Source of the DNA: an uncultured Bdellovibrio sp.
Lineage (GTDB): Bacteria > Bdellovibrionota > Bdellovibrionia > Bdellovibrionales > Bdellovibrionaceae
Assembly (NCBI GenBank): GCA_963932905.1
Contig: CAWVRN010000004.1
Location: forward strand, 128,001 to 192,000
Reading direction: 5' to 3'
Length of the DNA: 64,000 bases
In this document: positions 32,093-41,659 of the stretch, one piece after another
Layout of the letters: every line of letters starts with the position of its first letter
Position numbering within the stretch: the first letter of the stretch is position 1
The notes under the pieces: model-generated
Told to the model about the DNA's origin: nothing
Databases searched by the model: none
Seen by the model: only the letters and a program-made list of their open reading frames with translations
Made by a program: the position numbers and the translations under genes

Positions 32093-33058
32093 CTATTTTT
32101 CCTCTATACCAATTACGTCTAAATCTTTTTGACGAATGCGACTTACATCTACGGGAATTGATTTTAAAATAGCCTCAGACAACGTTTCTATTAGGTTTTC
32201 TTTATAGTGCGCTCGCTGGTACACAAGTCCAATTTCGCGCGATGGAATCGGACGATCAAACGGAATAATCTGGGTGTCTGATCCGACTTCTTCCGATGCT
32301 AATTGCGGAATCAGTGTGTAGCCCCCATAGGAATTCACCAATCGTTTCAAGGTTTCCAAGCTGCCACTTTCAAATTCGAAATTTCTTTTAGTTGCTTTAT
32401 TTGGTTTAAGTGCGCAGATATCCAAAACTTGGTTACGCAGACAGTGCCCTTCTTCCAATAACCAAACGTCCTCCATGTTAAGGTTTGCATATTTGACCTT
32501 TTTCATTTTAGTGAGCGAGTGCTCTTTATTACACAAAACTAAAAATGGTTCATAGTAGAGTGGAATTTCGATCACCTTTGGTAAATTTAATGGCGTTGCC
32601 AATATCCCGACATCGATTTCATCATTACTGAGCTGCTCGATGATTCGACTTGTTTGCAGTTCCAAGATTTTTAATTTTAATTCTGGATAGCTTTTTTCAA
32701 GTACCGGCAGCATCAAGGGCAAAAGATAGGGTGCAATCGTAGGAATCACTCCCACAATCAACTCGCCATTAACGGTATTGGATTCACTTTGCGAAATGAT
32801 ACCTTCGATTTTTTTAGCTTCAAAAAGCACCGTCTGTATTTGCTCGATAATTTTTTTACCAACGTCAGTCAGTAAAATCGGCTTCTTAGAGCGATCAAAA
32901 ATAATGACCCCAAGGTCCTCTTCAAGCTTTTGAACCTGCATGCTTAGTGTCGGCTGTGTGACGCTGCAAGCCTCAGCTGCTTTCGCAAAATGGCCATGCT
33001 TATACACCGCCCAAATATATTCCAGCTGAGTGATAGAAAAATTGATACGTGATTTCAT
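32093..33058 (-). CDS. oxyR: H2O2-sensing LysR regulator OxyR
   Basis: LysR HTH, GHCLRNQVLDIC with both redox cysteines; divergent from ahpCF. Confidence 0.93.
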   Translation of the reverse strand: MKSRINFSITQLEYIWAVYKHGHFAKAAEACSVTQPTLSMQVQKLEEDLGVIIFDRSKKPILLTDVGKKIIEQIQTVLFEAKKIEGIISQSESNTVNGELIVGVIPTIAPYLLPLMLPVLEKSYPELKLKILELQTSRIIEQLSNDEIDVGILATPLNLPKVIEIPLYYEPFLVLCNKEHSLTKMKKVKYANLNMEDVWLLEEGHCLRNQVLDICALKPNKATKRNFEFESGSLETLKRLVNSYGGYTLIPQLASEEVGSDTQIIPFDRPIPSREIGLVYQRAHYKENLIETLSEAILKSIPVDVSRIRQKDLDVIGIEEK

Positions 33059-33094
33059 ATAGTTACCTCGCTCTATGCCTCATAATACATCATA

Positions 33095-33130
33095 ATAGAG
33101 AAAATCTATTATATCAAAGAAATAATTGAT
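33095..33130 (+). promoter_or_regulatory. Putative OxyR operator for ahpC/oxyR
   Basis: ATAG-N7-CTAT at 33095-33109, then a degenerate AAAG-N7-TGAT half. Confidence 0.6.
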
Positions 33131-33211
33131 TTTACCTTGGGCCTAAAAATCCGTAAAGTGAGTACATAAACAGAGTGGTTTTTTTAAGACCACCTATATG
33201 AAGGAGCAACT

Positions 33212-33778
33212 ATGCAAACATTGATTAACTCACGCGTAACTGATTTCAAAGTTCAAGCGTACCACAACGATAATTTCAAGACTGTGACTCAAGACGATTT
33301 ACGTGGCAAATGGTCAGTATTCTTCTTTTACCCAGCAGACTTTACATTCGTATGCCCAACTGAGCTTGGTGATATGGCTGATAAATATTCTGAATTCCAA
33401 AAACTAGGTGTAGAAGTATACTCTGTCAGCACCGACACTCATTTCACTCACAAAGCTTGGCACGACACTTCAGACACAATCAAAAAAATCAAATACCCTA
33501 TGTTAGCGGACCCAACTGGTCATCTATCACGTGCATTTGGTGTTCACATTGAATCTGAAGGCTTAGCTTACCGCGGAACTTTTTTGATCAATCCAGAAGG
33601 TCAAATCAAATTGGCTGAAGTGAACGACAACGGTATCGGTCGTAATGCTGACGAATTGCTAAGAAAAGTTCAAGCCGCTCAATACACAGCCAAGAATCCA
33701 GGTGAAGTGTGCCCAGCGAAATGGACTCCAGGCCAAAAAACATTGAAACCTGGCTTAGATCTAGTTGGTAAAATCTAG
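33212..33778 (+). CDS. ahpC: Alkyl hydroperoxide reductase C
   Basis: [20 protein letters not shown]. Confidence 0.97.
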   Translation: MQTLINSRVTDFKVQAYHNDNFKTVTQDDLRGKWSVFFFYPADFTFVCPTELGDMADKYSEFQKLGVEVYSVSTDTHFTHKAWHDTSDTIKKIKYPMLADPTGHLSRAFGVHIESEGLAYRGTFLINPEGQIKLAEVNDNGIGRNADELLRKVQAAQYTAKNPGEVCPAKWTPGQKTLKPGLDLVGKI

Positions 33779-33816
33779 TTTTGTACATCGGTAGACGTCT
33801 TGACGTTTACCCATTG

Positions 33817-33845
33817 AGCGGGCGATGGAAACGTCGCTCGCTTTA
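33817..33845 (+). terminator. Hairpin after ahpC
   Basis: AGCGGGCGATG-GAAA-CGTCGCTCGCT followed by TT. Confidence 0.55.
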
Positions 33846-33991
33846 TCCCTCCGAAAGAGTTTAAAGAAGGGAAAATTATTTGAAATTCTCGCGCGCACGA
33901 GAATTTGAATTAAGAATCTCTAATAACAGACTGAAAAAAACTTCACTATACTACCCGTGTATATTTTGAATTCCATTGAATAGGAGCGTTT

Positions 33992-35560
33992 ATGATTGAT
34001 CAAGACATGAAAGAACAACTAAAAACCGTGTTTGAAAAACTAGAAGGTAACGTTGAATTGGCTGTTGATTTGAGCCAACACGCAGATCAAGCCGAACTTT
34101 TAGACTTACTAGAAGGTGTCGCTAGCACCAGTGATAAAATCACGGTCACTAAAAATTTGAATCCAGGTATGCAGTCTTTGATACCCCGTTTTAAAGTACG
34201 TCACAATGGCAAGCCCACTGGAATTACATTCTCGGGAATACCAAGTGGTCATGAATTTACTTCTCTTATCCTTGCGGTACTAAATGCGGATCACAAAGGT
34301 AAAATGCCAGACCCTATACTAGCAGACAGAATCAAACGACTAAAAGGTCCGATCAAGCTGCGTACATTTATTTCCTTAACATGTGAAAACTGTCCTGACG
34401 TAGTTCAAGCACTTAACCAAATGGCAATTTTAAATCCCAATATCGAGCACGAAATGATCGATGGCGGTTACGCAGAAGACGATGTTAAACGATTAAACAT
34501 CCAAGGCGTACCTAGTGTTGTTAGTGCTGATGAACTGATTCACTCTGGTCGTATTAGTTTCCTAGATTTGTTAGTGAAGTTAGAAAATGAATTTGGATCT
34601 AATGATGCTCCTGTCGATCAAAAACCTCGCGATCTAGGTGATTTTGACGTGGTCGTTGTTGGTGGTGGCCCAGCCGGCGTATCAGCGGCTATTTATGCCG
34701 TACGTAAAGGGTTAAAAACGGCATTGATCACGGAAAAAATTGGCGGCCAAGTACAAGAAACTCGCGGCATTGAAAATCTAATCTCTGTAACCTACACAGA
34801 AGGTCCACAATTAGCGGGACAGTTAGCACAGCATTTGGCGGCGTATCCAGTACAACTGCTGGAACATCGCCGCGTGAAAACGGTTCATAAAGACGGTTCG
34901 CCAAAACTGGTAGAACTAGAATCGAATGAAACTTTGCGGACCAAAGCATTGATTGTTGCGACGGGAGCCAAATGGCGCGAGCTGGGCGTTCCGGGCGAAA
35001 AGGAATACATTGGCCGCGGCGTTGCTTTTTGCCCGCACTGTGATGGTCCATTCTACAAAGGTAAAAAAGTCGCGGTAGTCGGTGGCGGTAATTCCGGAGT
35101 TGAAGCCGCGATTGATTTAGCAGGTATCGTGCGCGAAGTAGTCTTGATCGAGTACAATGAATCTTTGAAAGCCGATCAGATTTTGGTTAATAAACTAAAA
35201 ACGCTTTCTAACGTAACTATATTAACCAATGCTAAGACAAAACAAATTCTTGGCGATGGACAAAAAGTGAATGCGTTAGAGTTTGAAGATCGTGCTTCGA
35301 AAGAACTTAAAAAAGTGGAACTGGATGGCGTGTTCGTTCAAATTGGATTGCTACCAAATAGTCAATTCTTGAAAGACGTTGTTGAGCTGACTCCGTATGG
35401 CGAGATTGTCGTCGACAACAAGGGCCGCACGTCCACTAAAGGTATTTACGCAGCTGGTGACGTAACAACAACTCCCTATAAACAAATTATCATCGCCATG
35501 GGCGAAGGGGCTAAGGCCGGCCTGGCCGCGTTCGAAGATACGATGTTACACCACGCTTAA
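33992..35560 (+). CDS. ahpF: Alkyl hydroperoxide reductase F
   Basis: CENC N-terminal redox centre, GGGPAG, CPHCDG, GGGNSG. Confidence 0.97.
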   Translation: MIDQDMKEQLKTVFEKLEGNVELAVDLSQHADQAELLDLLEGVASTSDKITVTKNLNPGMQSLIPRFKVRHNGKPTGITFSGIPSGHEFTSLILAVLNADHKGKMPDPILADRIKRLKGPIKLRTFISLTCENCPDVVQALNQMAILNPNIEHEMIDGGYAEDDVKRLNIQGVPSVVSADELIHSGRISFLDLLVKLENEFGSNDAPVDQKPRDLGDFDVVVVGGGPAGVSAAIYAVRKGLKTALITEKIGGQVQETRGIENLISVTYTEGPQLAGQLAQHLAAYPVQLLEHRRVKTVHKDGSPKLVELESNETLRTKALIVATGAKWRELGVPGEKEYIGRGVAFCPHCDGPFYKGKKVAVVGGGNSGVEAAIDLAGIVREVVLIEYNESLKADQILVNKLKTLSNVTILTNAKTKQILGDGQKVNALEFEDRASKELKKVELDGVFVQIGLLPNSQFLKDVVELTPYGEIVVDNKGRTSTKGIYAAGDVTTTPYKQIIIAMGEGAKAGLAAFEDTMLHHA

Positions 35561-36630
35561 TTGGAATAAAATTTCTGACACGAATTTAAAGGCTTCCTCG
35601 CTGGGGAAGCCTTTATTAGTGGTAAATAACGGTCAACAGATAAACCCGATTCTTTTAACCAAGATTCAAAAAATACGTCTCGCTGATAAGAACCTAAAAG
35701 TTCAGGAACTTTTTTTTTGAACGGAATAAATCCAGGCTGAACCTTGATCCAAGCAATTCTAGATTCAATCATCTCGGCGTGCAGAATAAATTCCGAGAAA
35801 CTTCGCACCGCACGAACAGCACGTCGTTCAAACGGCACATCGATTTCTGCAAATTGAGGCTTCTCCTGGGTGCCTGTCAAACTCACCAATTTGCGAAACG
35901 TTAGATCTTGATTACGTTTGGGATTGAACTGCGGATTTAAAAAATAAGAATGCAATCGATCTACAATGACGTTTGCCAGCTGACTAAATGACTTTATAGA
36001 TCCTGTTTCTATTAAAATTTGAATATCTTTTATACGAGTCATTAAATCAATTCGGCTGAGCGCTAAAGGCGGTGACGTATTCCAATTGCTTCTGAATACG
36101 CCCGAAGACAACTCAGGATGATTGGCATTGTCGACAAAGTAGTTAAACAAGGATCTTAAATCATAACCAAACGCGGAACGCGCTCCCGTGTTCATGTGGG
36201 TCGCGCGACTAGGACGGCTCTCTAAACCAGCCTCACGAGCCGATCCAAAAATAAGCTCTTCTTTCAAATCCTGATGAGTGTATAGTTCTTGAATGGTTGA
36301 TGGTTTGGTTTGAATTTCTACGCACAAAGGGTCATAGCTGATTTGAAACCACCAGCCATCATGCAGTTGAACAAAAAATTCTTTGCCCCACTTGCCGTTC
36401 ACTTGAGTCACTTTACATCCAAGAGCACGGCATTTTTTAGCAACAGCTTCGGCCATCTTAACAGCCGCAGGAAATTCACTTCCGCGCAACCCACCGACTT
36501 TACTTTTTGAATCCGCAGCATAAATTTGATCGCTAGTGAATTCGATTTCACCGCCATGGGTGATCCCTGATTCGACAAGAATTTGTGCGTTGGAAATAGA
36601 AAGGAAAAATAGCAGCCACAGGATACGCAT
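35557..36630 (-). CDS. Secreted hypothetical protein, possible amidoligase/glutamine-synthetase-like fold
   Basis: Signal peptide from ATG 36630; GGEIEF, DP..VEIQT, THMN, ERR motifs. Confidence 0.45.
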   Translation of the reverse strand: MRILWLLFFLSISNAQILVESGITHGGEIEFTSDQIYAADSKSKVGGLRGSEFPAAVKMAEAVAKKCRALGCKVTQVNGKWGKEFFVQLHDGWWFQISYDPLCVEIQTKPSTIQELYTHQDLKEELIFGSAREAGLESRPSRATHMNTGARSAFGYDLRSLFNYFVDNANHPELSSGVFRSNWNTSPPLALSRIDLMTRIKDIQILIETGSIKSFSQLANVIVDRLHSYFLNPQFNPKRNQDLTFRKLVSLTGTQEKPQFAEIDVPFERRAVRAVRSFSEFILHAEMIESRIAWIKVQPGFIPFKKKVPELLGSYQRDVFFESWLKESGLSVDRYLPLIKASPARKPLNSCQKFYSN

Positions 36631-36704
36631 AAGGCGACGAGTATAGCATGACGAAAATACCATCAAAACTGTAGACTTTTAAACAGATAGCCGTTTTTGG
36701 GAAC

Positions 36705-36769
36705 TGACCTGCTCCCTTTCATGAGCCAGACTATCTTATTTTCTGGCTCGAGTTAAGGGGAGTAGGTCA
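36705..36769. mobile_element. 65-bp IS3-family-like miniature element (two abutted terminal IRs)
   Basis: TGACCTGCTCCCTTTCATGAGCCAGA ... TCTGGCTCGAGTTAAGGGGAGTAGGTCA; TG...CA ends; no transposase. Confidence 0.7.
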
Positions 36770-36779
36770 AGGCCAGATC

Positions 36780-37199
36780 ATAGATTTGAACTGGCAGCAG
36801 GTAAATTTGGAGTCTAAAGAAGTTTCATTTCTAAGAACTTTAAAATCACAATCTCGAAAAATGAGAATATCTGACGAGTTAGTTCTAATATTAGAAAAGA
36901 GAAAAAAGACCAATGGATACGTCTTCATGACTTATTACAAAGAACCATTTACTAAGCCTAAACTAGCTCGATTGGTAAACGAATTCAAAATCAAAACGCG
37001 TTGTGAAATCCAGTGGACTCTCATGGATCTAAGGCATTCCTTTGCTGTTAATTATCTTCGATCTGGAGGAGATATTAGAAAACTTCAGTACTCACTAGGG
37101 CATGAAAATATATACGATACCAAGCGACTTTATTCTGAAGCGATCATCAAAGCTGATTCGAAAACAGTCGAATTAAGCCCATTTGAAATCGGATCTTAA
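36780..37199 (+). pseudogene. Tyrosine recombinase C-terminal fragment, copy 1
   Basis: DLRHSFA...LQYSLGH....T..LY; 5' part replaced by the IS3-like scar. Confidence 0.8.
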
Positions 37200-37311
37200 A
37201 TCGTACAATTTGCAGTGCAGGGATCACGGGCGGCCCAGGATCCGGGCCCCCATTTTTCGGGTTTAGTCGAGAATTTTGGTAATCTTTTGGCCAAAGTTTG
37301 GCCACGAATTT
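37200..37311 (+). repeat. Conserved ~110-bp post-integrase repeat, copy 1 (att-like)
   Basis: Aligns to 40671-40782; GGATCACGGGCGGCCCAG.ATCCGGGCCCCC and TGGCCAAA-G-TTTGGCCA. Confidence 0.8.
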
Positions 37312-37347
37312 AAACAAAGTGTTTGTTTGGAAAATGCGACGCTTCGC

Positions 37348-37575
37348 TCAGCGCACTATTGGCCCTGAGGGAGAGCTTCCATTTCGCAAAAAAAAGTAAA
37401 TCGAAATTGCCCCAAGAAGAACACTTGAAATTCCAAAAGCAATCCATTCCCTATTCCAAATGGACCAAAGTAAAATAATACTTACAATAAATGAAAGGAA
37501 TGAAAGAATATTTTCAATCCTTTTACGCTTTGGATTCTTGCTTTCTTCAATCGGTTTCTCCGGAACAATCTTCAT
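37348..37575 (-). CDS. Putative immunity protein (2 TM), cassette 8
   Basis: Starts 9 bp after the RHS-tip stop; two hydrophobic helices. Confidence 0.65.
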   Translation of the reverse strand: MKIVPEKPIEESKNPKRKRIENILSFLSFIVSIILLWSIWNREWIAFGISSVLLGAISIYFFLRNGSSPSGPIVR

Positions 37576-37584
37576 ATCACCACC

Positions 37585-37970
37585 TTATGGAATAGGAGCC
37601 ATGTACAAACGTTTACATACGTAACCCATAGCTCTATAAGCAGCTACCTCAGCTGCCTTAGATACCGCAATATTAATTACAGCAATCTCCGCTTCTGTTT
37701 TTGCATCTTTTCCACACATGCCAGGTTCAAGCCCACGCGACTCCCGTTGACTTCGATCAGACTCCGCATATGCTTCTGCAGCAGCACCTCTACCTACACC
37801 TGGTGTAGCTATAGAACATAAAAAACCTGATACAGGACCGGTGCCTTCAGCATCTATAAAGTTTATCGGATCCTGCAACACATATCCATACAAATTCGTA
37901 TCCCCACCCTCAAACAAAATCGGATCTTTACTCGTCCATCTCCCCGTCTCAGGATCATAATGTCTGTATG
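37585..37970 (-). pseudogene. Orphan RHS core end + C-terminal tip, cassette 8
   Basis: [39 protein letters not shown] + unique tip; RHS homology stops near 37970. Confidence 0.85.
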
Positions 37971-38344
37971 AAGTATTGAAGCAAAATGCTTCACTTGAAT
38001 GTTTCATAGTTATTTCAATATCTTCTCACTTAGATTCTGTTTTTTACAACCGCCAAATTTTTTGCATTTTGGGAATATTTTTTTAGTTTTGGCCAAAATC
38101 TGGCCAACGAAATTCGAATCCCGGTGCGCAATACTCTCAAATCTGCAGTTTTACCTATATCAATTTAGTGATCTTGGTATTCTATGGTGATTGATACTTA
38201 AAATAATTTCTCTGTATAAAGTGGGGGCTATGTCTGACTATTAACTTTCCAAAGTGCCATTTTTAGGCTATATTGGTGCGCTATAAGCCAATATATTGCT
38301 TTACGTTGGGTATAGCAGTTGCAATTTAAGTTTTTGGAGATTTT

Positions 38345-38554
38345 ATGACTTCACAACATGAAGAAAAAAATAAGCGTCTTGAAATCCTTAAGCAAGAAGA
38401 GAAAATTATTTCTGAGCTGAATGACACTTCAGAACTAAGTGAACGACTTAATAAGATTAAAGAAAGTCATAACCGCAAATATTCAATTAATGACGAAGTT
38501 CAAGAAGAACCTGTTAGAAAAATTGCTATACCAGAAAACGATAATTCAATTTAA
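38345..38554 (+). CDS. Small charged protein, possible partner/antitoxin of the PIN protein
   Basis: GGAG RBS; ends 8 bp before the PIN gene. Confidence 0.55.
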   Translation: MTSQHEEKNKRLEILKQEEKIISELNDTSELSERLNKIKESHNRKYSINDEVQEEPVRKIAIPENDNSI

Positions 38555-38562
38555 GATTAACC

Positions 38563-39288
38563 ATGATATACAAAGCTCAAGATGTACTACTCGATAGTGC
38601 TAAACGCATTCTCGTAGACTCAAATATCATCGTTGCCTATTTCGATGAAAAGCATAAGTTTCATAAAGAAGTTTTTGATAGACTAAATCCAGTATATTTA
38701 AACGGAGCAAGTTTTTTCTATGTTCAACCATGCCTTTTAGAATTTAAGGAGTATTGGCGTAGAAAAAAACTAACAGAATGTATTGAAGAAATGATCGGAA
38801 AAGAGTTCTATTTTTTCAGAGAGTTTCGAAAGTTATATAATAAATTTCGTACCGACAATCAAAATCAAGGTTATGAGTACTTAAGTGATCGACAAATCAA
38901 AAATCTTCGTGGCACTCTTGAAAACATACACAACAATAAAGGATTAAACTTCTGGTTCGATTTAAGCAATGTTGCATTAACAGGAACTTTATCCAACTTA
39001 GAAAATCGATTATCTAAATCGAAATTTATCTACGCCAAATTTGATGACAATAATCTTTTTCCAATATCAAACAAACCAAACTGGCCTAAGTGGATTGACG
39101 CTGATTTGGCCCAGGAAAAATTTTGTTTAGCAGCTAACGATGCGGCGATCTTGAATATGACAAACAATGCATTTAACATTGACTCATTTATTTCAAATGA
39201 CGGAGACATGCTGTTTGCGGTTAGCAACGGTGCGCTCAAACATCAAATTAATACATATACTTTTTTAGATAACTCAAACTTTATCTGA
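38563..39288 (+). CDS. PIN-domain protein
   Basis: ILVDSNIIVA..D..HKFH, E, NDAAI, ISNDGD acidic quartet. Confidence 0.75.
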   Translation: MIYKAQDVLLDSAKRILVDSNIIVAYFDEKHKFHKEVFDRLNPVYLNGASFFYVQPCLLEFKEYWRRKKLTECIEEMIGKEFYFFREFRKLYNKFRTDNQNQGYEYLSDRQIKNLRGTLENIHNNKGLNFWFDLSNVALTGTLSNLENRLSKSKFIYAKFDDNNLFPISNKPNWPKWIDADLAQEKFCLAANDAAILNMTNNAFNIDSFISNDGDMLFAVSNGALKHQINTYTFLDNSNFI

Positions 39289-39315
39289 ATTCTAAATAGG
39301 TATTACTATATAATT

Positions 39316-39480
39316 TTACTTACCTCTATTGCAAAGCTCCTGAGCATTTGGCTCATCTTTCCGGCACATGTTATCAACAGAATCCCAGCAACCCCCTCCG
39401 TCTAAGCAAGCGTCTTTTTTCTCACAGCTAAGAGATAAAAAAATTATTGATAGCAACAAAATTTTAACTAAATTTTTGGA
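39316..39480 (-). CDS. Small Cys-rich lipoprotein, probable orphan immunity gene (start uncertain)
   Basis: Manual translation SKNLVKILLLSIIFLSLS-CEKKDACLDGGGCWDSVDNMCRKDEPNAQELCNRGK*; only TTG starts available. Confidence 0.5.
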   Translation of the reverse strand, partial: SKNLVKILLLSIIFLSLSCEKKDACLDGGGCWDSVDNMCRKDEPNAQELCNRGK

Positions 39481-39518
39481 ATGTTAAATTTCTTTCCGTT
39501 TGAATGTTTGTTAGGGAA

Positions 39519-40055
39519 TTATGAGTATGTTTTTATCCAATCATCAATTTGGTTTTGCAAATCCTTGTCTTGCCACTCAAAATAAAAATTGCCGTCAAGG
39601 TCTTTCTTGTATTGCAAATTAGTCTTTGGCGGCACATTGCTAGTAGTGCCTTCTTTCAACTCAAGGCCAACTTTTTTAGAAAACAAATCTGCATATGCTA
39701 AATGATCATTTGGGTAAAACCTTGTACTCGCCATTTGTTGATTGAAAAATGTGATTGTCAGAGTTCCCTTAATTCCTAAATGCTCATAGTTCTTAATTTT
39801 CCAACTCAAGATGCTAAATGCTGGCCTAGTATCTCCGTTTTCTAGTTTACTATCTTCGATGACTTCAACACTATAGTTTGCATTTTTTAGAATGTCTTGC
39901 GCCTGAGCTGGGTTCATCAAACTAGAGAATGGATCAACTAATTCGGTCTTGATCGTAACGTTGTTTTCTGTGTAGCTAGGTCTATAAAAATAAAATAGTG
40001 ACGCCACAACAAATATAAGAAATCCCACAACAATTATTATTTTTTTATTTTTCAA
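39519..40055 (-). CDS. Putative immunity protein (N-terminal anchor), cassette 7
   Basis: TTG 40055 preceded by GAGGAG overlapping the stop of an upstream remnant ORF. Confidence 0.6.
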   Translation of the reverse strand: MKNKKIIIVVGFLIFVVASLFYFYRPSYTENNVTIKTELVDPFSSLMNPAQAQDILKNANYSVEVIEDSKLENGDTRPAFSILSWKIKNYEHLGIKGTLTITFFNQQMASTRFYPNDHLAYADLFSKKVGLELKEGTTSNVPPKTNLQYKKDLDGNFYFEWQDKDLQNQIDDWIKTYS

Positions 40056-40065
40056 AGCGATCTCC

Positions 40066-40187
40066 TCAGTACCCATTTGAGCCCGTTACCGGCGTGGTAG
40101 TCAATATGCCATTAGTAAGTGAACTCATGCACTTCTGCGAGCAAGTTCCTGCCCCTGCAGAGTTACCTCCGTGGTAGCTTCCGGTAG
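40066..40187 (-). pseudogene. Probable toxin-tip 3' remnant, cassette 7
   Basis: Open frame TGSYHGGNSAGAGTCSQKCMSSLTNGILTTTPVTGSNGY* abutting integrase fragment 2; RHS core missing. Confidence 0.4.
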
Positions 40188-40670
40188 CATTATTATTTCT
40201 ATCCAATTCTAAAAATATTTTCAGAATCTGGAGCAAAGCTCTGCGAAATCATCGATTTAAATTGGCAACAAGTAGATCTGGAAAATAAAGAAATAACATT
40301 TCCTAGAACCATCAAATCGCAATCTCGGAAAATAAAGATTTCAGACGAACTAACTTCAATTCTAGAAAAGAAGAAAGAAGTAACTGGATATGTTTTTAAA
40401 ACTTATTATAACGAGGCGTTCAGCAAACCTAAACTGGCCCGACTGGTTAACGAATTTAAAATCAAAACAAAATGTGAAATTAAATGGACGTTGATGGATC
40501 TAAGACATTCTTTTGCTGTTAACTTTCTTCGCTCGGGTGGAGACATTAGAAAGCTTCAGTACTTAATGGGGCACGACAACATTTACGATACAAGGCGCCT
40601 ATACGCAGGTGCTGTCGCAAAAACAGACTCGCAAGTGGACACTTTAAATCCGTTTGAAATCGGGTCCTGA
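40188..40670 (+). pseudogene. Tyrosine recombinase catalytic-domain fragment, copy 2
   Basis: Not in ORF track. Manual: YPILKIFSESGAKLCEIIDLNWQQVD...MDLRHSFA...LQYLMGHDNIYDTRRLY...NPFEIGS*; close paralog of copy 1; no upstream start. Confidence 0.85.
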
Positions 40671-40782
40671 ATCGTACAATTCGCAGCGCCAGGATCACGG
40701 GCGGCCCAGTATCCGGGCCCCCATTTTTTGGGTTTAATAAAGAATTTTGGTAAACTTTTGGCCAAAGTTTGGCCTCGGATTT
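40671..40782 (+). repeat. Conserved ~110-bp post-integrase repeat, copy 2 (att-like)
   Basis: Aligns to 37200-37311. Confidence 0.8.
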
Positions 40783-40841
40783 TGAAGTAATAAAGCTATT
40801 TTTAAAAATAGCTTTATTACGTGCGCTCACTATGGCTCAGT

Positions 40842-41147
40842 CTAGTGGATCACAGAGTTTGGCGGTTGCTTGATATCCGGAATTTTATATATTCCAAAAC
40901 CAATTAACAATACTCCAACAAAACAAAGTACATAGCCCAATATTTTTTCATAATGAATTAGTTCATCGGCACCACCACCAATTTTTTGAACTATATCCAG
41001 ACTTGCAAGTATTGGAAAAAATAGAAGTATGCCTCCGCAAAGACCAACAACAATTCCTAAAAATATTAATTTTAGTCCACCCTGACTTTTATTTTTAAAG
41101 TTTTCTATATTATCAATTTGCGGTTTTGGAGGCACAATCTGATTCAT
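40842..41147 (-). CDS. Putative immunity protein (2 TM), cassette 6
   Basis: ATG 41147 after AGGAG overlapping the upstream remnant stop. Confidence 0.65.
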   Translation of the reverse strand: MNQIVPPKPQIDNIENFKNKSQGGLKLIFLGIVVGLCGGILLFFPILASLDIVQKIGGGADELIHYEKILGYVLCFVGVLLIGFGIYKIPDIKQPPNSVIH

Positions 41148-41155
41148 AAATTCTC

Positions 41156-41400
41156 CTATGGTGTGAAAGGGCTTAACATCAAAGCAAGACATGCCTTATA
41201 ACCAAATTTATCAATGGCATATCTAGTTGCTCCAGTTGCGGCAGACTACGCCGCTAGCTTACCAACCTTTCTCATAAATCCTGCTTTAACCGTATCATCG
41301 ATATGATCGATGATACGAATCAACACTTACACGAAATCTATCGAGGGTTGCCTATCGACTAAGAGTGCCGGTCTCGTGCTCCATAGCTCCTAACGGCCGT
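41156..41400 (-). pseudogene. Degenerate RHS cassette 6
   Basis: Leader VRSYGARD then foreign sequence; tip ...KLAA*SAATGATRYAIDKFGYKACLALMLSPFTP* with internal stop, resembling the cassette-8 tip end. Confidence 0.6.
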
Positions 41401-41481
41401 TTCTGGCCGTCAAAAATTAGGGACTACAAAGCTTTAGTTAACAACTATCACAACTGGTTTTATGCTTGCTTCCTTCTTAAA

Positions 41482-41607
41482 CTACTTTTCTTCTGCAAGA
41501 ATTTGCTGATCAGAATTTTTATAAAAACAAGATTTAACCACTACTGTAATGGCAATAGTGGTAACAAAAATAAGTGCATATATGATAATTTTTTTCTTAC
41601 TACTCAA
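41482..41607 (-). CDS. 41-aa single-TM putative immunity protein, cassette 5
   Basis: Manual: MSSKKKIIIYALIFVTTIAITVVVKSCFYKNSDQQILAEEK*, TTG after GGGAG. Confidence 0.5.
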   Translation of the reverse strand: MSSKKKIIIYALIFVTTIAITVVVKSCFYKNSDQQILAEEK

Positions 41608-41659
41608 GCACACTCCCTTTCCAAAAATATTCTTACAACCTATATTATAACTAATTTAT

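Noticed and set aside
37971..38007. Genuine ATG start for cassette 8 (MKHSSEAF...)
   Set aside because: Non-RHS sequence fused by chance to the truncated core; no evident RBS
38113..38130. tRNA fragment / attR (TTCGAATCCC)
   Set aside because: No paired T-stem or CCA, and no match to the tRNA-Arg in this window
40546..40830. Minus-strand 94-aa and 60-aa ORFs
   Set aside because: Antisense to recombinase fragment 2 and its repeat; no coding features
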